In this document: piece by piece, positions 1 through 18,400 of the stretch
How positions within the stretch are numbered: position 1 is the stretch's first letter
Layout of the letters: each line of letters opens with the position of its first letter
Source of the DNA: Chlorokybus atmophyticus
Lineage: Eukaryota > Plantae > Mesostigma and Chlorokybus algae
DNA: 64,000 bases
NCBI GenBank assembly: GCA_009103225.1
Contig: RHPI01002402.1
Coordinates: 1,025,412-1,089,411, forward strand
Direction: 5' to 3'
The notes under the pieces: generated by a model
The model's database searches: none
What the model was told of the DNA's origin: nothing
The model's input: the letters and a program-made list of their open reading frames with translations, nothing else
Program-made: the position numbers and the translations under genes

Positions 1-13
1 TGCAACGTCTTAC

Positions 14-1816
<1,803 letters not shown>

Positions 1817-2355
1817 CTGCCCAACTCAAGGCAGCTTTGACCGCATCGAGCATGGAGACACAGAAACTTTTTCAATTATATTATGGACTTTGCCCGTCCA
1901 TGGTCAGACAGCAACACAGGACAAGGGCATGCATTATCAAGAAGGTAACAGGGTATTGGGTCAGGCGGGCGGTTACGGCGCGGTGTAGTCCGAGGGGCGC
2001 GCCATTGCCGAGGTTCATGCAGACTCAAACTAGCGTCATGTCACCAACACAGACGCATTGTTCCCCCTCCCCCCTTGGAAAGCGCCTTGGAAAAATATCA
2101 TGACATGTGTACATTGCCCCATGCACGCATGTACACACTAGTACCCACGTGCACATGTACGTGTGTACCACATGTCACGTCACGTCAGTTGGCCCTGCAA
2201 GCCACACGCGGTTTCTGTCTGATGCGGCTGTTGAAGAAGAGCTCAGGCGGGGACGTCAGGGCTTTGCATGCCATGCATTGGTGAGTGCTCTGGGCAAGGT
2301 GTACTGCACTGCATCCTTTCGCGGTTCCCAGACTGGGGACCCCAATGCACGGCAT

Positions 2356-2417
2356 GGCATGGCATGGCATTGGGGACCCCAGCTTGAAGTTGGGGTCCCC
2401 AATGCCATGGCCATGCC
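2356..2417. repeat. Inverted repeat / hairpin 1 (~29-bp arms, 3-nt loop)
   Basis: ggcatggcatggcattggggaccccagct-tga-agttggggtccccaatgccatggccatgcc; one mismatch and one 1-nt bulge. Confidence 0.85.
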
Positions 2418-2420
2418 AGG

Positions 2421-2496
2421 GAAGGAGGGCCTCGCATGCCTCCAACTCATGACCCCTAATAGGGTCCCAAGTTGGAGGCATGCGGGGCCCTCCTTC
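2421..2496. repeat. Inverted repeat / hairpin 2 (27-bp arms plus inner 5-bp stem)
   Basis: gaaggagggcctcgcatgcctccaact ... agttggaggcatgcggggccctccttc (1 mismatch), with inner gaccc/gggtc. Confidence 0.9.
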
Positions 2497-2887
2497 TCTG
2501 TGTTGGCAAGCGCTTTTGTGCTGTGAGGTGGGGGTCACGAAGAACTTGTACTTTGCGACGTTGTCGATAAGGCTGGGTGTGTCAGAAGCTGGGGACAGGC
2601 TGGGGCGCGGGTGGTGAGTGCCAGTTGCCAGCTGGCAGCGGTTCCAGCGGTTGGCAGGCGGCAACTGCACGGAGAACGACACGGCCGCCAGGCGGAACGT
2701 ATCGCCTCCGTACCCATGCACACGGTCAGGCGCTGCAGGCGAGATACCTGTGTACGCGTTGAACGTCGCTCCTGAACTAAAAAGGCAATGCGGGTCTCAT
2801 CTCAGTTTCAAAAAGTCTTTCCTGCATGCAAGATCTACTGCCTGTGTGCTTTGCGGCTGTCGTCCGAGGTGGGTGCATCCGCAACTT

Positions 2888-2938
2888 GTTACAAGCGTTC
2901 TGTGCAGTTGCGGTTCAACTGCACATAACGCTTGTAAC
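2888..2938. repeat. Inverted repeat / hairpin 3 (23-bp arms, 5-nt loop)
   Basis: gttacaagcgttctgtgcagttg-cggtt-caactgcacataacgcttgtaac; 1 mismatch. Confidence 0.9.
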
Positions 2939-4747
2939 TTTTCTGGGCTTGACAGTCTGGCAGTGGCGTTAGCGGTGGCGTGGACACTGCTGACATGCAC
3001 TGTATATTCTTTGCGAGACACGACATGAACTCTCCCTATCTGTGAACTTTGCTGCAACGTCTGAACACAGGCACAGGACCGGGGCAAGAAAGCGCCCGCC
3101 TCCTTGACGGCCTCGCTGATCTGAGATGAACCTGCTATCAGGTCGTCAGTCGCTCAGTGTGTGCGTCACTACTGTCAGCTGAGAGAGAGCTTAGCAGACG
3201 GCTACTGCGACGCTGCGGAGGCTATGCTAGCAGCTAGCAGCTCGCGTCTCACGACAGCGACGTCACCGGTGGCTGCCGCAGGCTGAGGTCATGCATGCCA
3301 AGCTACAAACTCAATACCTGTACATGTTGTTACGCAGCCACATGCACATAGGGTAGTGTGATGGCCCCGGGGTGTAGTGTAAGTGTGGCGCTGTGCTGGC
3401 TGGCTTGAGATGCTTTGGTAGCGCGTGTGTGTGTACAAAAGGGGTGTGCTATTATGCCGGCATGCATCGCGTGCCGAGACATGCATCACACTCTTGGGTA
3501 AACACATTCTATTCACCACCGGGCTAGTATTTTCTATGCTATGCCAACTCTAGCCTGCCCCGTTAGCCATGCAGTCAGCATGCAGAATTGTAGTCACCTG
3601 CACCACGGCGGCGGTTAGTGGCCAGCCTCCACAACAGTGACGACAGCAACAGCAGACTGTAGGACTCCCCCCGCCCTCCTCTCCCATGTCGCCGCCACCC
3701 TCTCCGCCCGTCATAGTGCAGCGCTGCCGATTGCGCAATCATGGTTAGGTTCCCCGCAGCATGCATGCATGACATCAGCACGCATGCACGTCGCCTTTGC
3801 AGCGGTGGTAGTCTGTGTCATGTGTGTGTGTGCACAGACTGAGCGCATGTATGCAAAGTGACTCATACTCTATGCACATACGCTGATGCGGGTTCACTAT
3901 ACACCCTCCCCTGCCCTCCCATGCATGCGGGCAGCCCGCTGAGTGGGTGTGGTTTCATCATGTCCTCGTCAAACCTGCGTTACTGAGCTGCTAAGTCGTC
4001 TTTTCGCTGCGTGACAAAAGAAGGCTGGTCCCCCATCTCTCAGTAATTTGCCAACACATGGTGTTCCAGCGGAGGGAAGTTGGTAATAACCACAAGCTGC
4101 TTGGTAGTAATCACAAACATAAGTGGATACGCTTCGTAGCGACAGTGGCTACAAAGCGTCCACTCATTATGTTGCTGGTTCACTGTCAACTGACACTGAC
4201 TACCGAGACATCATAACATTATATGGTATGCTATACTGTACATGGCATGCGCGTGCCTGCATTTCAGCAAGTAGTGCAATTATTGCCGCAGTCTTAAACA
4301 ACTGAGTCACCAAAAGCACCAAACGTGCGCGCAGAACCTGTAGTCTAATGCTATCAGCAAGCGATGTGAAACAATATGGGCCTACTGGGAACATTGCCTG
4401 TACAGTGCGTGATCAGGCCTGCATGCACTTGGCTTATCCAGTTAACCATCGCTACTGTATGTACACACACCTGAGCTAGCATGTATGATGGAGCACCCCG
4501 TACACATACATACAAACGTGTGTAATTTAGTTATTGTCGGCTACAAAGACAATTTGCTCGAGTGATGCCAGCAGTGCAGTCCTCGAACTTGCATCTCAGC
4601 TTGCATAGTGTCAGGGAGCCGACCTAGGTTGAACTCGCAAGAATGTTGACGAAGCTGCTATGGAGGAGCGTGCCTCAATGCCATAGACAAACCATGCTTG
4701 CTGAACAAACGCCATACAAGTGCCACATGAATAGCGCATCCATCAAA

Positions 4748-6743
4748 TCAAATGCTGCCAGCCTCCTTCTGGCGTTTGTGCTTGGCAGCTTTACCCATGC
4801 CAAAGACCTGCACACGGTCCACGCAAGTGTTGGTCATTATGGCTCAAAACACGGCGCCCATACAGGCAATGCATGCCAATTTGCTGCCAATTTGCTGTCT
4901 GCTTTTACCACATGCACCCACCCCAGCAAGAACATCTTCAGACACCGCCCTTGACGCATCAGCAGCAGGATCCGGTACAGGCTTTCTCTGCACAAAGGTC
5001 CTCCTTGCAGCCGCCTTCTCATTCAGTGACCCATTCGCACCTTCTTGCTGAACACAGAAAATTGAAACATCAAGTACACGTGAGCTGCCAGCGAATTGCA
5101 GCTGGTGACGGAACTGTTGCAACCAACAAGTTTTCTTCTGGGCGCAGCAAGCCCACCGCCGTCATAGACTCAGATAACAGCACCTTGCTATGGCGCTGTT
5201 CCATGGCTTCAATGGCATGCGCCTGATCCACTTTAGCGAGGTAGAAGTCGCGCTCCTTCTTGGCCTGCGACAGCTCCGCCTGCAGCTTCTGCTCCCGTAC
5301 AGCATTGCGGTATGCTGCCACAACAGGGGGCACATGTTACAGCCTCTCAAGACCTGTGTGCCACATGCCACTCCTGAGACCAGTCATGACTCAGCTAACG
5401 CACCTATCTCTTCTGTCAAGTGATCCCACTTGAACTTCGGCAGATACTTTATGTTCCAGAGATCGTAAAAGTAGGCAGATCTCCGCTTTCCACCTGGGAG
5501 TACAAGACACATGGATGACCTTCGCGCAGCTTGCGATGAGAGCTGTAACTCTCTAGTGTTGAAAAGATTGAGCAGCTTTCCGCGAACAGACAGCAACATG
5601 TTGCTACAGTGCTCATTTTGCTACCAATGTTTTGGCCATTCAGCGCAGAAGCCACTCGCTTGGCAACTCCTTTGTCCGCGAACTCTACCCAGCTGCACTG
5701 AAGCAAGCAGCAGACAACCAGTCAGCTTCCAATACTTCCAAGAATAATAACATCTACTGTGGTGCTTGAAGCATCTGCACAACAGATATACTCTGAAAAT
5801 ATATCAACCTAACACCATTGATGAACATGAGATGAGCTGCTGCACCTACCCCTCAGTGAAGTTCTTGCCACTGTTACCACCGGCTTGCTTGCGCTTCTTC
5901 CTCAGTCGCGGATCTTGTGTAACATGCAACTGCGATAAGTGCTAGCAAACAACTGTAAGCTGCATACTCAACTCCGGCTGCATGCGTTGGTCGGGGGCGT
6001 TGCTATACAATACACCTTCTGGAGCAAGGTATATCCTCAGAACCTCTCCATACTGTGACAGGATGTGGCGCAGCTTCAGTGGTTTCATAAACGGAGGAAT
6101 GCGGCTGAGGTATATGACACCACGTTGCCTGTTGTTAACGTAGATGTTCAAATTGACATACTTACGCCACAAAGGGCGTGTGGCGGACTTGTGTGCTTAC
6201 ATACAAGGAGAAACGGAGAAAAGAGAATGGCAGCTTGAGCTTGAACATGCAGACATGTCCTGCAGAGGACAGCTTGCTACACACACTGTAAAGCTGGTTG
6301 GAACAAGGCAGTGGCTTCAGGCAGCTGTAATTGATATAGCTGTCGCATTGCAAGAGCAGCATGCACATGCAAGGCATGCTGATTGTAATTGTATGCCTGT
6401 ATGTCTCTTGAAGGCGCTGCAGCTTTTCTCTGTTCAATTCAGGGTTCCGAAGTTTTACCCTCTGCTTCTTCTTCATTGTGTCGGGCTGCTCACCATTGTG
6501 CTCCTCAACGCTAACGCCTGGACCCTGCTCTTCCTCTACCTCTGCCTCGTCTTCATACTCCTCATCCCTTCCACTAAACCCTGCAAGCTTCTCCTCCTCT
6601 TCCTGCCCCTTGTCCTCTTCCTCCTCGTCCCCGCCCTCCTCCTCTCGCTCCTCGTCAACCGCTGCCATCACCTCCTCTTCGGACATGTCCCCTTGCTCCT
6701 CCTCTAGCTGCACATCTACCTCGCGGGACCGCTTGCCGCCCAT
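4748..6743 (-). CDS. ESF2: Pre-rRNA processing protein ESF2 / activator of basal transcription 1 (RRM)
   Basis: Acidic N-terminus, then RGVIYLSRIPPFMKPLKLRHILSQYGEVLRIYLAPED...KNFTEGWVEF...[32 protein letters not shown], ending DVLAGVFG. Exons are approximately 6397-6743, 6016-6128, 5850-5913, 5625-5692, 5404-5493, 5184-5314, ~4921-5047 and 4748-4807. Confidence 0.93.
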
Positions 6744-6963
6744 CTCAACCCGCCGCCGCCGCCGCCGCCGCCGCTGCCACACTCCTAAACCTAAACTCAA
6801 GTGTGAATCTAAAGCTAAGCCCAAGCCTTACATCCCGATCCGCCAAGCCCTGTTGTGCACATTGGGTTCATCCAAACCGGTTCGAAAGCGTAAGCGCAAA
6901 CACTTTCTGTCCCCTCGAAGCGTAGCAAACAGTAGCACTGCGCAGGCCAAGTTGTTGGCAGCC
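6744..6963. promoter_or_regulatory. Putative bidirectional promoter between ESF2 and the OsmC-like gene (220 bp ATG to ATG)
   Basis: Divergent start codons at 6743 (-) and 6964 (+). Positional inference only; no TSS data. Confidence 0.6.
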
Positions 6964-7308
6964 ATGTTGCTGTGGCGGACATGGGCGGCCGCAGCGGCGA
7001 GCTGCTCGCAGCGCAGGGCAGGCGCGTTACTGACGTCAGGAAGCAGGTTCATGTCCGCCGGGTCGCCTACCAGCGTCTCAGTCAGCGAGGACGTGGGTGA
7101 GTGCGGCGAGTTGGTGCGTGATGATAAGGCAGCGCCCATGCGCAGTGTGGCAATGCCGGCTGGACAATGGCATGTGACACTAATGTTGGGAGAGCTTCAG
7201 TTGAACTCGCAATCTTCTGCACGGTGCACGTCTTTCATAAATTATCGTCTGTGCTTTTCTTTGCTGAATGTCAAGTGAACTGATCATCTGTGCTGCTGAA
7301 TACATGCG

Positions 7309-7344
<36 letters not shown>

Positions 7345-8649
7345 NNNNNNNNNNNNNNNNNNNNNNNNNNNNNNNNNNNNNNNNNNNNNNNNNNNNNNNN
7401 NNNNNNNNNNNNNNNNNNNNNNNNNNNNNNNNNNNNNNNNNNNNNNNNNNNNNNNNNNNNNNNNNNNNNNNNNNNNNNNNNNNNNNNNNNNNNNNNNNNN
7501 NNNNNNNNNNNNNNNNNNNNNNNNNNNNNNNNNNNNNNNNNNNNNNNNNNNNNNNNNNNNNCCCGACCCCCTCCCGCCAAGTGGTGGTGCATTCATGCTT
7601 TTGTTAAAGATAATCGTCACCAAGCGGCATTCATGCAGTGGGTGATGGGGGTAAGACCGTGCCGTACGCCAACACCGCAAGCTCTGGCAATTTTGTCCTG
7701 CGCGGGGATCTCGCGCCTCAAGCGGGTGGGACAAATGTCGGCCCATCGTAAGTTGTTGTTGGTTTACATCTTTATATGCTGTACACGCACTTGAGCAGAT
7801 ACATACATGTACAGAGGCGACAAACCCACACCTATGACTGTGCGTGCTTGCAGACCCAAGGAGTATGCAATGACGGCAGTGGGGATGTGCGTGTCGATAA
7901 CCGTTCGTATGGTATAAACAAACGCACGCGTGTAAGCACACAACAACTGCTGCTTCTTGTTGTCCCCTTGCTTGTATTATAAGCCAGATGACGATGCTCA
8001 TGTTGGAGTCTTACCTATATTTACAGTGGACAAATGCATGCTCACGCAGCGGGTGGTTGTGTGTGTGTGTTCTGAGCAGTATGCACAGCGCAAGCAATGG
8101 CCTTTGGAACGTGTTGCTGTGGACGTCAAGGAGCACACAAAGGAAGGTGATCCTGAGACTGCATGGATAATCACGCATGTGTGTAGCCCATCATTGTCAG
8201 TGTTGCTGCACTGACAACGATCCACCAGTAGACAACTGTGCGAAGCTGAGTTTTATTCTGATGGGTTAAGTTGATGTTGATGCTGGTGTTGATTGTTGCT
8301 GTGTGAGTGGTGTGCCTGCACCTTGTGTACACACAGTAGTGGTGTGCCGTGTGCAGGTGCGCATGTACCAGACAGTCTGGAGATGACCCTCAAACTCTAT
8401 GGGGATCTAACGGAGCAGCAGCGAAAGCGCCTGCTCGAGATATCAGGTGTGCTGTGTTCGTGTTTGGACGGCCACCATGTGCGTGTGTTGACAACTTGTC
8501 CGCGAGCGTGTTCAATTACATGTGACCGCTGTGGACGCTGCTATGAGTAGCTTCCTAAAAGGGGCATTTTGTGGGCAGGGAACTGCCCAGTGAAGAAGAT
8601 GATGATGGGTGGTATGCCAAACGGTATTGCTATGCGATTGTTGTCATAG
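6964..8649 (+). CDS. OsmC/Ohr-superfamily (OsmC/YhfA-like) peroxidase, 175 aa, probable mitochondrial presequence
   Basis: Six phase-consistent exons: 6964-7096, 7639-7747, 7854-7911, 8080-8146, 8357-8446, 8579-8649. Product is MLLWRTWAAAAASCSQRRAGALLTSGSRFMSAG...GGTNVGPSPKEYAMTAVGMCVSITVRMYAQRKQWPLERVAVDV...GDLTEQQRKRLLEISGNCPVKKMM..., with both family cysteines (GMC, NCPV). Confidence 0.88.
7310..7561. other. Poly-C run (7310-7344) followed by assembly gap (N 7345-7561) in intron 1 of the OsmC-like gene
   Basis: Directly visible. Confidence 0.98.
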
Positions 8650-9714
8650 TGTGACAACCTACCAAGTAGACCTTCTAATATGTCTACATATATGGCGTGC
8701 TGTAAGGAGAGGAGAGAGCAGCACAATGGCTATGGTTGCAGTTTCGGCAAAAGTATGCAACAGTTGACAGTCGAGATGGAGGTTTGGCAATGCGTGCCCT
8801 AGTTTGCAAGACCATCACAAAAACTCACATCAATCGTTAGCAGGGTTGATAGCAATATTGAGGACAGCTCAAACTCGTCTGCGTTTGAGGGTGCGATTGA
8901 GGCAACATTGTTACGGGCCATTGGATGCGCTTGTAGCACGATTACTCGCGCAGGCACTGATCTGACACTGTGTCATTGTTTGCAACCTGGCATGGGAGAA
9001 TCCAACAAACAGACATGACACACCCTCCTAAACACCGTTGCAACCTCACGCGCAGCAGCTCTAACCAGCAGTACTCACACGCACACTAAGTCAGACCCAC
9101 CCATAAAGCTTACCGGCAGACTGCATTTCCAGCGCACGCATCTTGGGATGGAGATGCCACACTCGTTATTATGATATCAGTGGTCGCCATGAAACGCAAG
9201 ACTGCACTGCACACCAACGTCACCACCAATGCCACACACAGCACGACGCTGGTTATTCTGGCATGTGCCAGGAGAGGGTGCAGCTGCTGCACCCTTGTCG
9301 CAGCAACTGCACCTGCAACATTTAACCAAACTACACCCTTACAAGCAAAACTCAAACCAATTCTACGGACTTGTCCAAGCACTGCAAATTCTACACTAAC
9401 AAATAGTGTACGTAACAGGCACAGGCAAGTTGCAAGGGCTCTCAAAGAGCTCTCTGCAACAAGCTGTGGGCAACTTGCAGCTGTGTGCGCTGCTCAAATC
9501 GTTTTGGGGGAATGATAAAGCGGTCAGCAGACATGGGTGATCACTAGAGCCACGGCTATGACGCGTGTGCTCGCTGCAATAGCGCCATCCATTTTGAGAA
9601 CTTTGACCCACCGCTGCACATCAAATAAGAGTTAGTTGAGCTGTGGGATGACATTGGTGGGCACGTCCAATATCAACCTGAATGAAGCGGCAGCAGCTGG
9701 AGACACTGTCCAGC

Positions 9715-13761
<4,047 letters not shown>

Positions 13762-15413
13762 CAGGCCTACCAACTGAACAACAGATCTCGCTCCTCAGCG
13801 GAACCCAATCAGAACTCGGCAACTCTGGAGGTGGGCTGCAAGCCAAGCCAGCAACACCGCTACTCCCAATACTGCTTGTGCCACGCTTCTAGCAGATCAA
13901 ACACGTTCCTAAGCAGTAGCAACAGTGTTCAGCTCCGATCCTCCATCACCAGCCATGGCTTTCCAGCTGAGCTTGCGCTTCTCCACATACACACAGCAGC
14001 AGGAAAACAACACACTAGCTAGCGAGCTGCACACAGCACAATGTGCAACACTGCTCTCTAAGCCACAAGCAGCAAGATTGTTTCCCACCCAGCCTCAAGG
14101 CTCACTGCCGCTGCTGCTGATTTGACTGAAAGATCGCTCTGCGCACACACAGCGTTGCGTGATGACTTTTCTTTCTTTTTGTCAAATTCGTCTCAGCAAG
14201 CGTTGGAGTGTCGCTCGCAAGGTTTGTCAGTCGGTTTGTGCCGTTAACTTTTGCATTGTACACCACACCAACCGAGAAGCCGGTCCATCAATTTTTTCTA
14301 CGCTGGCCATTTCCTGCCTCAGAACTTCTGAGGCAGAGGATGCAGTCCTTATTTCATGAAGGACCGGATGCTTTAGGTCCTTCAACAGGACTCCTTTGGC
14401 ATGTTGCGCCGGGGCTAAAGAGCGGCAGAGGTGGTTTTGCCGCCATGATAAAATTCACATTCGCGGGCGAAAAGAAGAGCCCCGCATAAATGCGTCCCTA
14501 AGCTCTAGATCATATCTCGGTTAAAGGACTGACGGGGCCGTCAACGATCGCTGAGCCAGCGCCGCACGTGTGGACGCGAAGCCCCGTGCCGCAGCGTGGC
14601 GTGCGTACTCGCACAAGCTCTACGCACAAGCCGGACCTTCCCTGTGCGCCGTCATGTCGATCCATAGACTAGGATTGGGACAGCTGCAGGCCGTGAGATT
14701 CAAATCCCGGCTCATCCGACGGTTTCGTAGCAGTGTGGCCGTTCTGGCTGTAGCTGGCAAGGCATCCCTTGACCGTCAGATGCATTATAACTCGAGACAT
14801 TGACCGTTCGATGCGAAGCGGGTCTATCCCACCTCGGCGCCTGCCGCGTGAGTCATGCAGCAGTACGCGAATCCCGAAACCCTAGGTGGTGGAAAGTCTT
14901 TCCGCCGGAATCAGCCGCCTAGAAGCTCAAGAATTTTGAGGAAAACAAGTTGGGGAACTTTCTAGCCGATGCAACTCTGCAGCTCTTACTGCGACGTTGG
15001 TTGCGCAGTGCGTCTCAAGGTTGGCGCGTCGGAGAAGGTGGCGGCGGCGGAGGCGGTGTACTCCCAGCGTAGGTAAGCATTGGCATTGTCGTCATTGCTG
15101 GGGGCATGCGGAGTTTTGGTGTTTGCGCTAGGCTCTATTGTCCTTGCTTGCCGCGCGGCGCAAGGCGCTAGGCATTGCCGTCGGTGAACGGGTCTTTTGC
15201 CTGTTGCTGATGTTGTGTGTTGTCATTGTTTGGCACTGAGTGCCTGCCTTGTAGTTTCGTGCCTCCTGTTACATAAGTGCATGGCACTGGCACGCATTCG
15301 GTTGCAGGTGTTCCCTAAGCTGCCTTCGTTGCCTTGGTGGCATGCATGCGTTGCATGCTGTCGTGCCTTATCGTGCTATGACGCAAGCAATGGCCCATGT
15401 ACTCGCAGGGAGG

Positions 15414-18400
15414 ATGGAGTACATCATGAAGCATGCGCCGGCGCCGGCGCCGGGCCCGTATTGGCCAGACATGTCCATCTTTACGGATAGCGTTCCTAAG
15501 GTGCTCATCCCCGGGGCTTGCCTTGTGGGTATTGCGTTCGCCATCCTGCTGTGGCAGCTTGTCAGCCGCGTCAAGGTGGATGGCACTCGCTCATCTGGAC
15601 GTGATTCTGAGGATGGCCTTCTCGCTGATGACCCCGAAATCGTGAAGAAGGTACGTGTTGCCCTTGCCGGTCGTGACGACACAGCTAGACACAGGCTGCT
15701 TAGCATGCATGTTAACAAATTTTTGTGGTCCGCAGGTGGCAGACATCCAGGAGGCCATCAGCGAAGGTGCCGTTGCGTTTCTGACGGAAGAGTACCGCTA
15801 CATTGGCATCTTCATGACACTCTTCTCCGTGGTTGTTTTCCTTTTCCTGTCATCGTCTTCCGATCGCCCCTTCAGCCGGGACTGGGCTCCCTGCGCTGAC
15901 GACGACACTAAGCTGTGCGCGCCGTCTCTGGCTGTTGGCTTCTTCTCAACGGTGGCCTTCGTCTTGGGTGCACTTACGTCCACCATCTCAGGCTTCCTGG
16001 GCATGAAAATTGCCACCTATGCCAATGCGCGAACTACCCTTCAAGCTCAGCAGTCAATCGGCGCTGCTTTCGTGACAGCTTTCCGCTCTGGTGCTGTCAT
16101 GGGTTTCCTGCTGTCCAGGTATGCACAAGTTTATCGTAGGAAGCAACTTAACCAACAAGACGTAGGGCACCATGCATGCCATGAATAGCATACATCAACT
16201 GCTTGACAATGATAGCTGCCATGCGATGTCAACATTCTCTTTCTGCAGCCTGGGCCTGTTGGTGCTTTATATCACCATTGCTGTGTTCAAGTTGTACTTC
16301 GGTGACGACTGGGGCACCCTGTACGAATGCATCGCTGGTTATGGTCTTGGTGGGTCGTCGATTGCTCTCTTTGGACGCGTTGGTGGCGGTATCTACACCA
16401 AGGCTGCAGATGTCGGGGCTGACCTTGTTGGCAAGGTCGAGAAGGATATCCCCGAGGACGATCCCCGCAACCCTGCTGTAAGTCTCTGCCATGACGCATG
16501 CAACATGATTCACATTTTGCTTGCATGCCCTTCCCCCCCCCCCCCCGCCACCCCAACCCCAACCCGGGGGATCCCCAGTGGTGCTGTGGTCACAGATGGC
16601 AGCATGGCAGCGGTCTGTGTCATAGTAAAACAAATATGATGCAGTCAGTCACTGTGCATAGATACATTAGCTGTCGCAGCTTTGCTAGCTTTCATCGCTG
16701 CTCCAGTAAACATGCGGGTGAAGTGCTTACCTGCCTACAGGCTGTGGACTCCCAAACTCATTACGTGTTGCTTGCAGGTGATTGCGGACAATGTTGGTGA
16801 TAACGTTGGAGACATCGCTGGCATGGGCGCTGATCTTTTTGGTTCATTCGCTGAGGCCACCTGTGCAGCGCTTGTCATTTCTGGTCTGTCCACCCTCGGG
16901 TCGCAGCACAACTTTGTGGCCATGTCCTTCCCACTGCTGGTAAGCGTCATTGCTCTCCCTTGCTGATGTTGGAGTGGGGGGGGGGAGCNCCACCGACCTT
17001 GCTGTGGTGCAGCGCATTAAGGACATTGAGCCTAGCTTGAAACGTCAGCTGATTGTATCCACCTTCCTCATGACCCCCGTCATCTTCTTGATCTCGCACT
17101 ACGCGCTGCCTGCTGAGTTCACCATGAAGATTACTGGTGCTGCCGACAAAGTTGTCAAGAACTGGCACGTGTTCTGGTGTGTGACATCAGGCCTTTGGGC
17201 GGGACTTCTCATCGGTTACGTCACGGAGTACTTCACTTCCAATGCATACACTCCAGTGCAGGATGTTGCGGATTCATGCCGCACAGGAGCCGCAACCAAC
17301 ATCATTTGTGAGTGCCTGTTGCCTGTTGCATTGGATAATCAAGGGGTCTTGCTTAGTGGTGCAGCTGGTCGTCAAGTCTGTATTGAGTATGGCCAGTCAC
17401 TAACGCGTGGTGGTTATGAACTAATCAGTCAAGACTACTGCTGACTGCCTGCATGGTTTGCACGCAGTTGGCCTTGCGCTTGGCTACAAGTCGGTGATTA
17501 TTCCAGTATTCGCCATCGCAGCGGCTATTTTCACCAGCTTCAGCTTTGCTGGCATGTATGGCATTGCATGCGCCGCTTTGGGCATGTTGTCTACACTGGC
17601 TACTGGACTGGCTATCGATGCGTATGGCCCGATCAGTGACAACGCTGGTGGCATTGCTGAGATGGCTGGCATGGGTGAGGCAGTCCGTGACCGTACGGAT
17701 GCCCTTGATGCTGCTGGTAACACAACTGCAGCCATTGGCAAGGTACGCAAGCTCTTTTCACCTATTGGCCACAATTGAAGATGCGCTGTCTTGTAATCTG
17801 GTTACTGTTGTCGATGGGGAAGGGGGTTCACCAAAGAATGTTTTCTTTGCTTGCTTTACAGTCGCATGGTCAGGTCAGGTCGTCGCATCAAGCTGGTGCA
17901 GTTTTCTCAGTCGAGTATATTGTCATGTCTTGGCGTATTGGTAGTTGCTGGCTAAGCAGTCACTCCCCACCTTGCCCTGCACAGACAACGCAAAGATATG
18001 CAGAATCGTCACATGGGTGTGCACACTTATGCAGAACTTCGACTGTGACGGTTTTGCTGCTGTCGATCAGGCAGGGTGCAATGTGGTCTGAGTTTGTTTG
18101 CGCTTCCATGCAGGGCTTTGCCATTGGCTCAGCTGCTTTGGTGTCCCTTGCGCTGTTTGGTGCCTATGTCACACGCGCTGGCATCAGCACTGTTGATCTG
18201 CTCAAGCCCTTGGAGTTCTGCGGCTTGTTGGTCGGAGCTATGCTACCGTATTGGTTCTCGGCAATGACAATGAAGAGTGTCGGCAAGGCTGCCTTGGCCA
18301 TGGTTGAGGAGGTCCGTCGCCAGTTCGCTGAGATCCCCGGCCTTATGGAGGGCACTGCCCGCCCTGACTACAAGCGATGCGTGAAGATCTCCACCGATGC

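Noticed and set aside
14877-14884. Telo-box AAACCCTA, and a site II-like AGCCCA near 6818
   Set aside because: Short motifs expected by chance; no supporting data.
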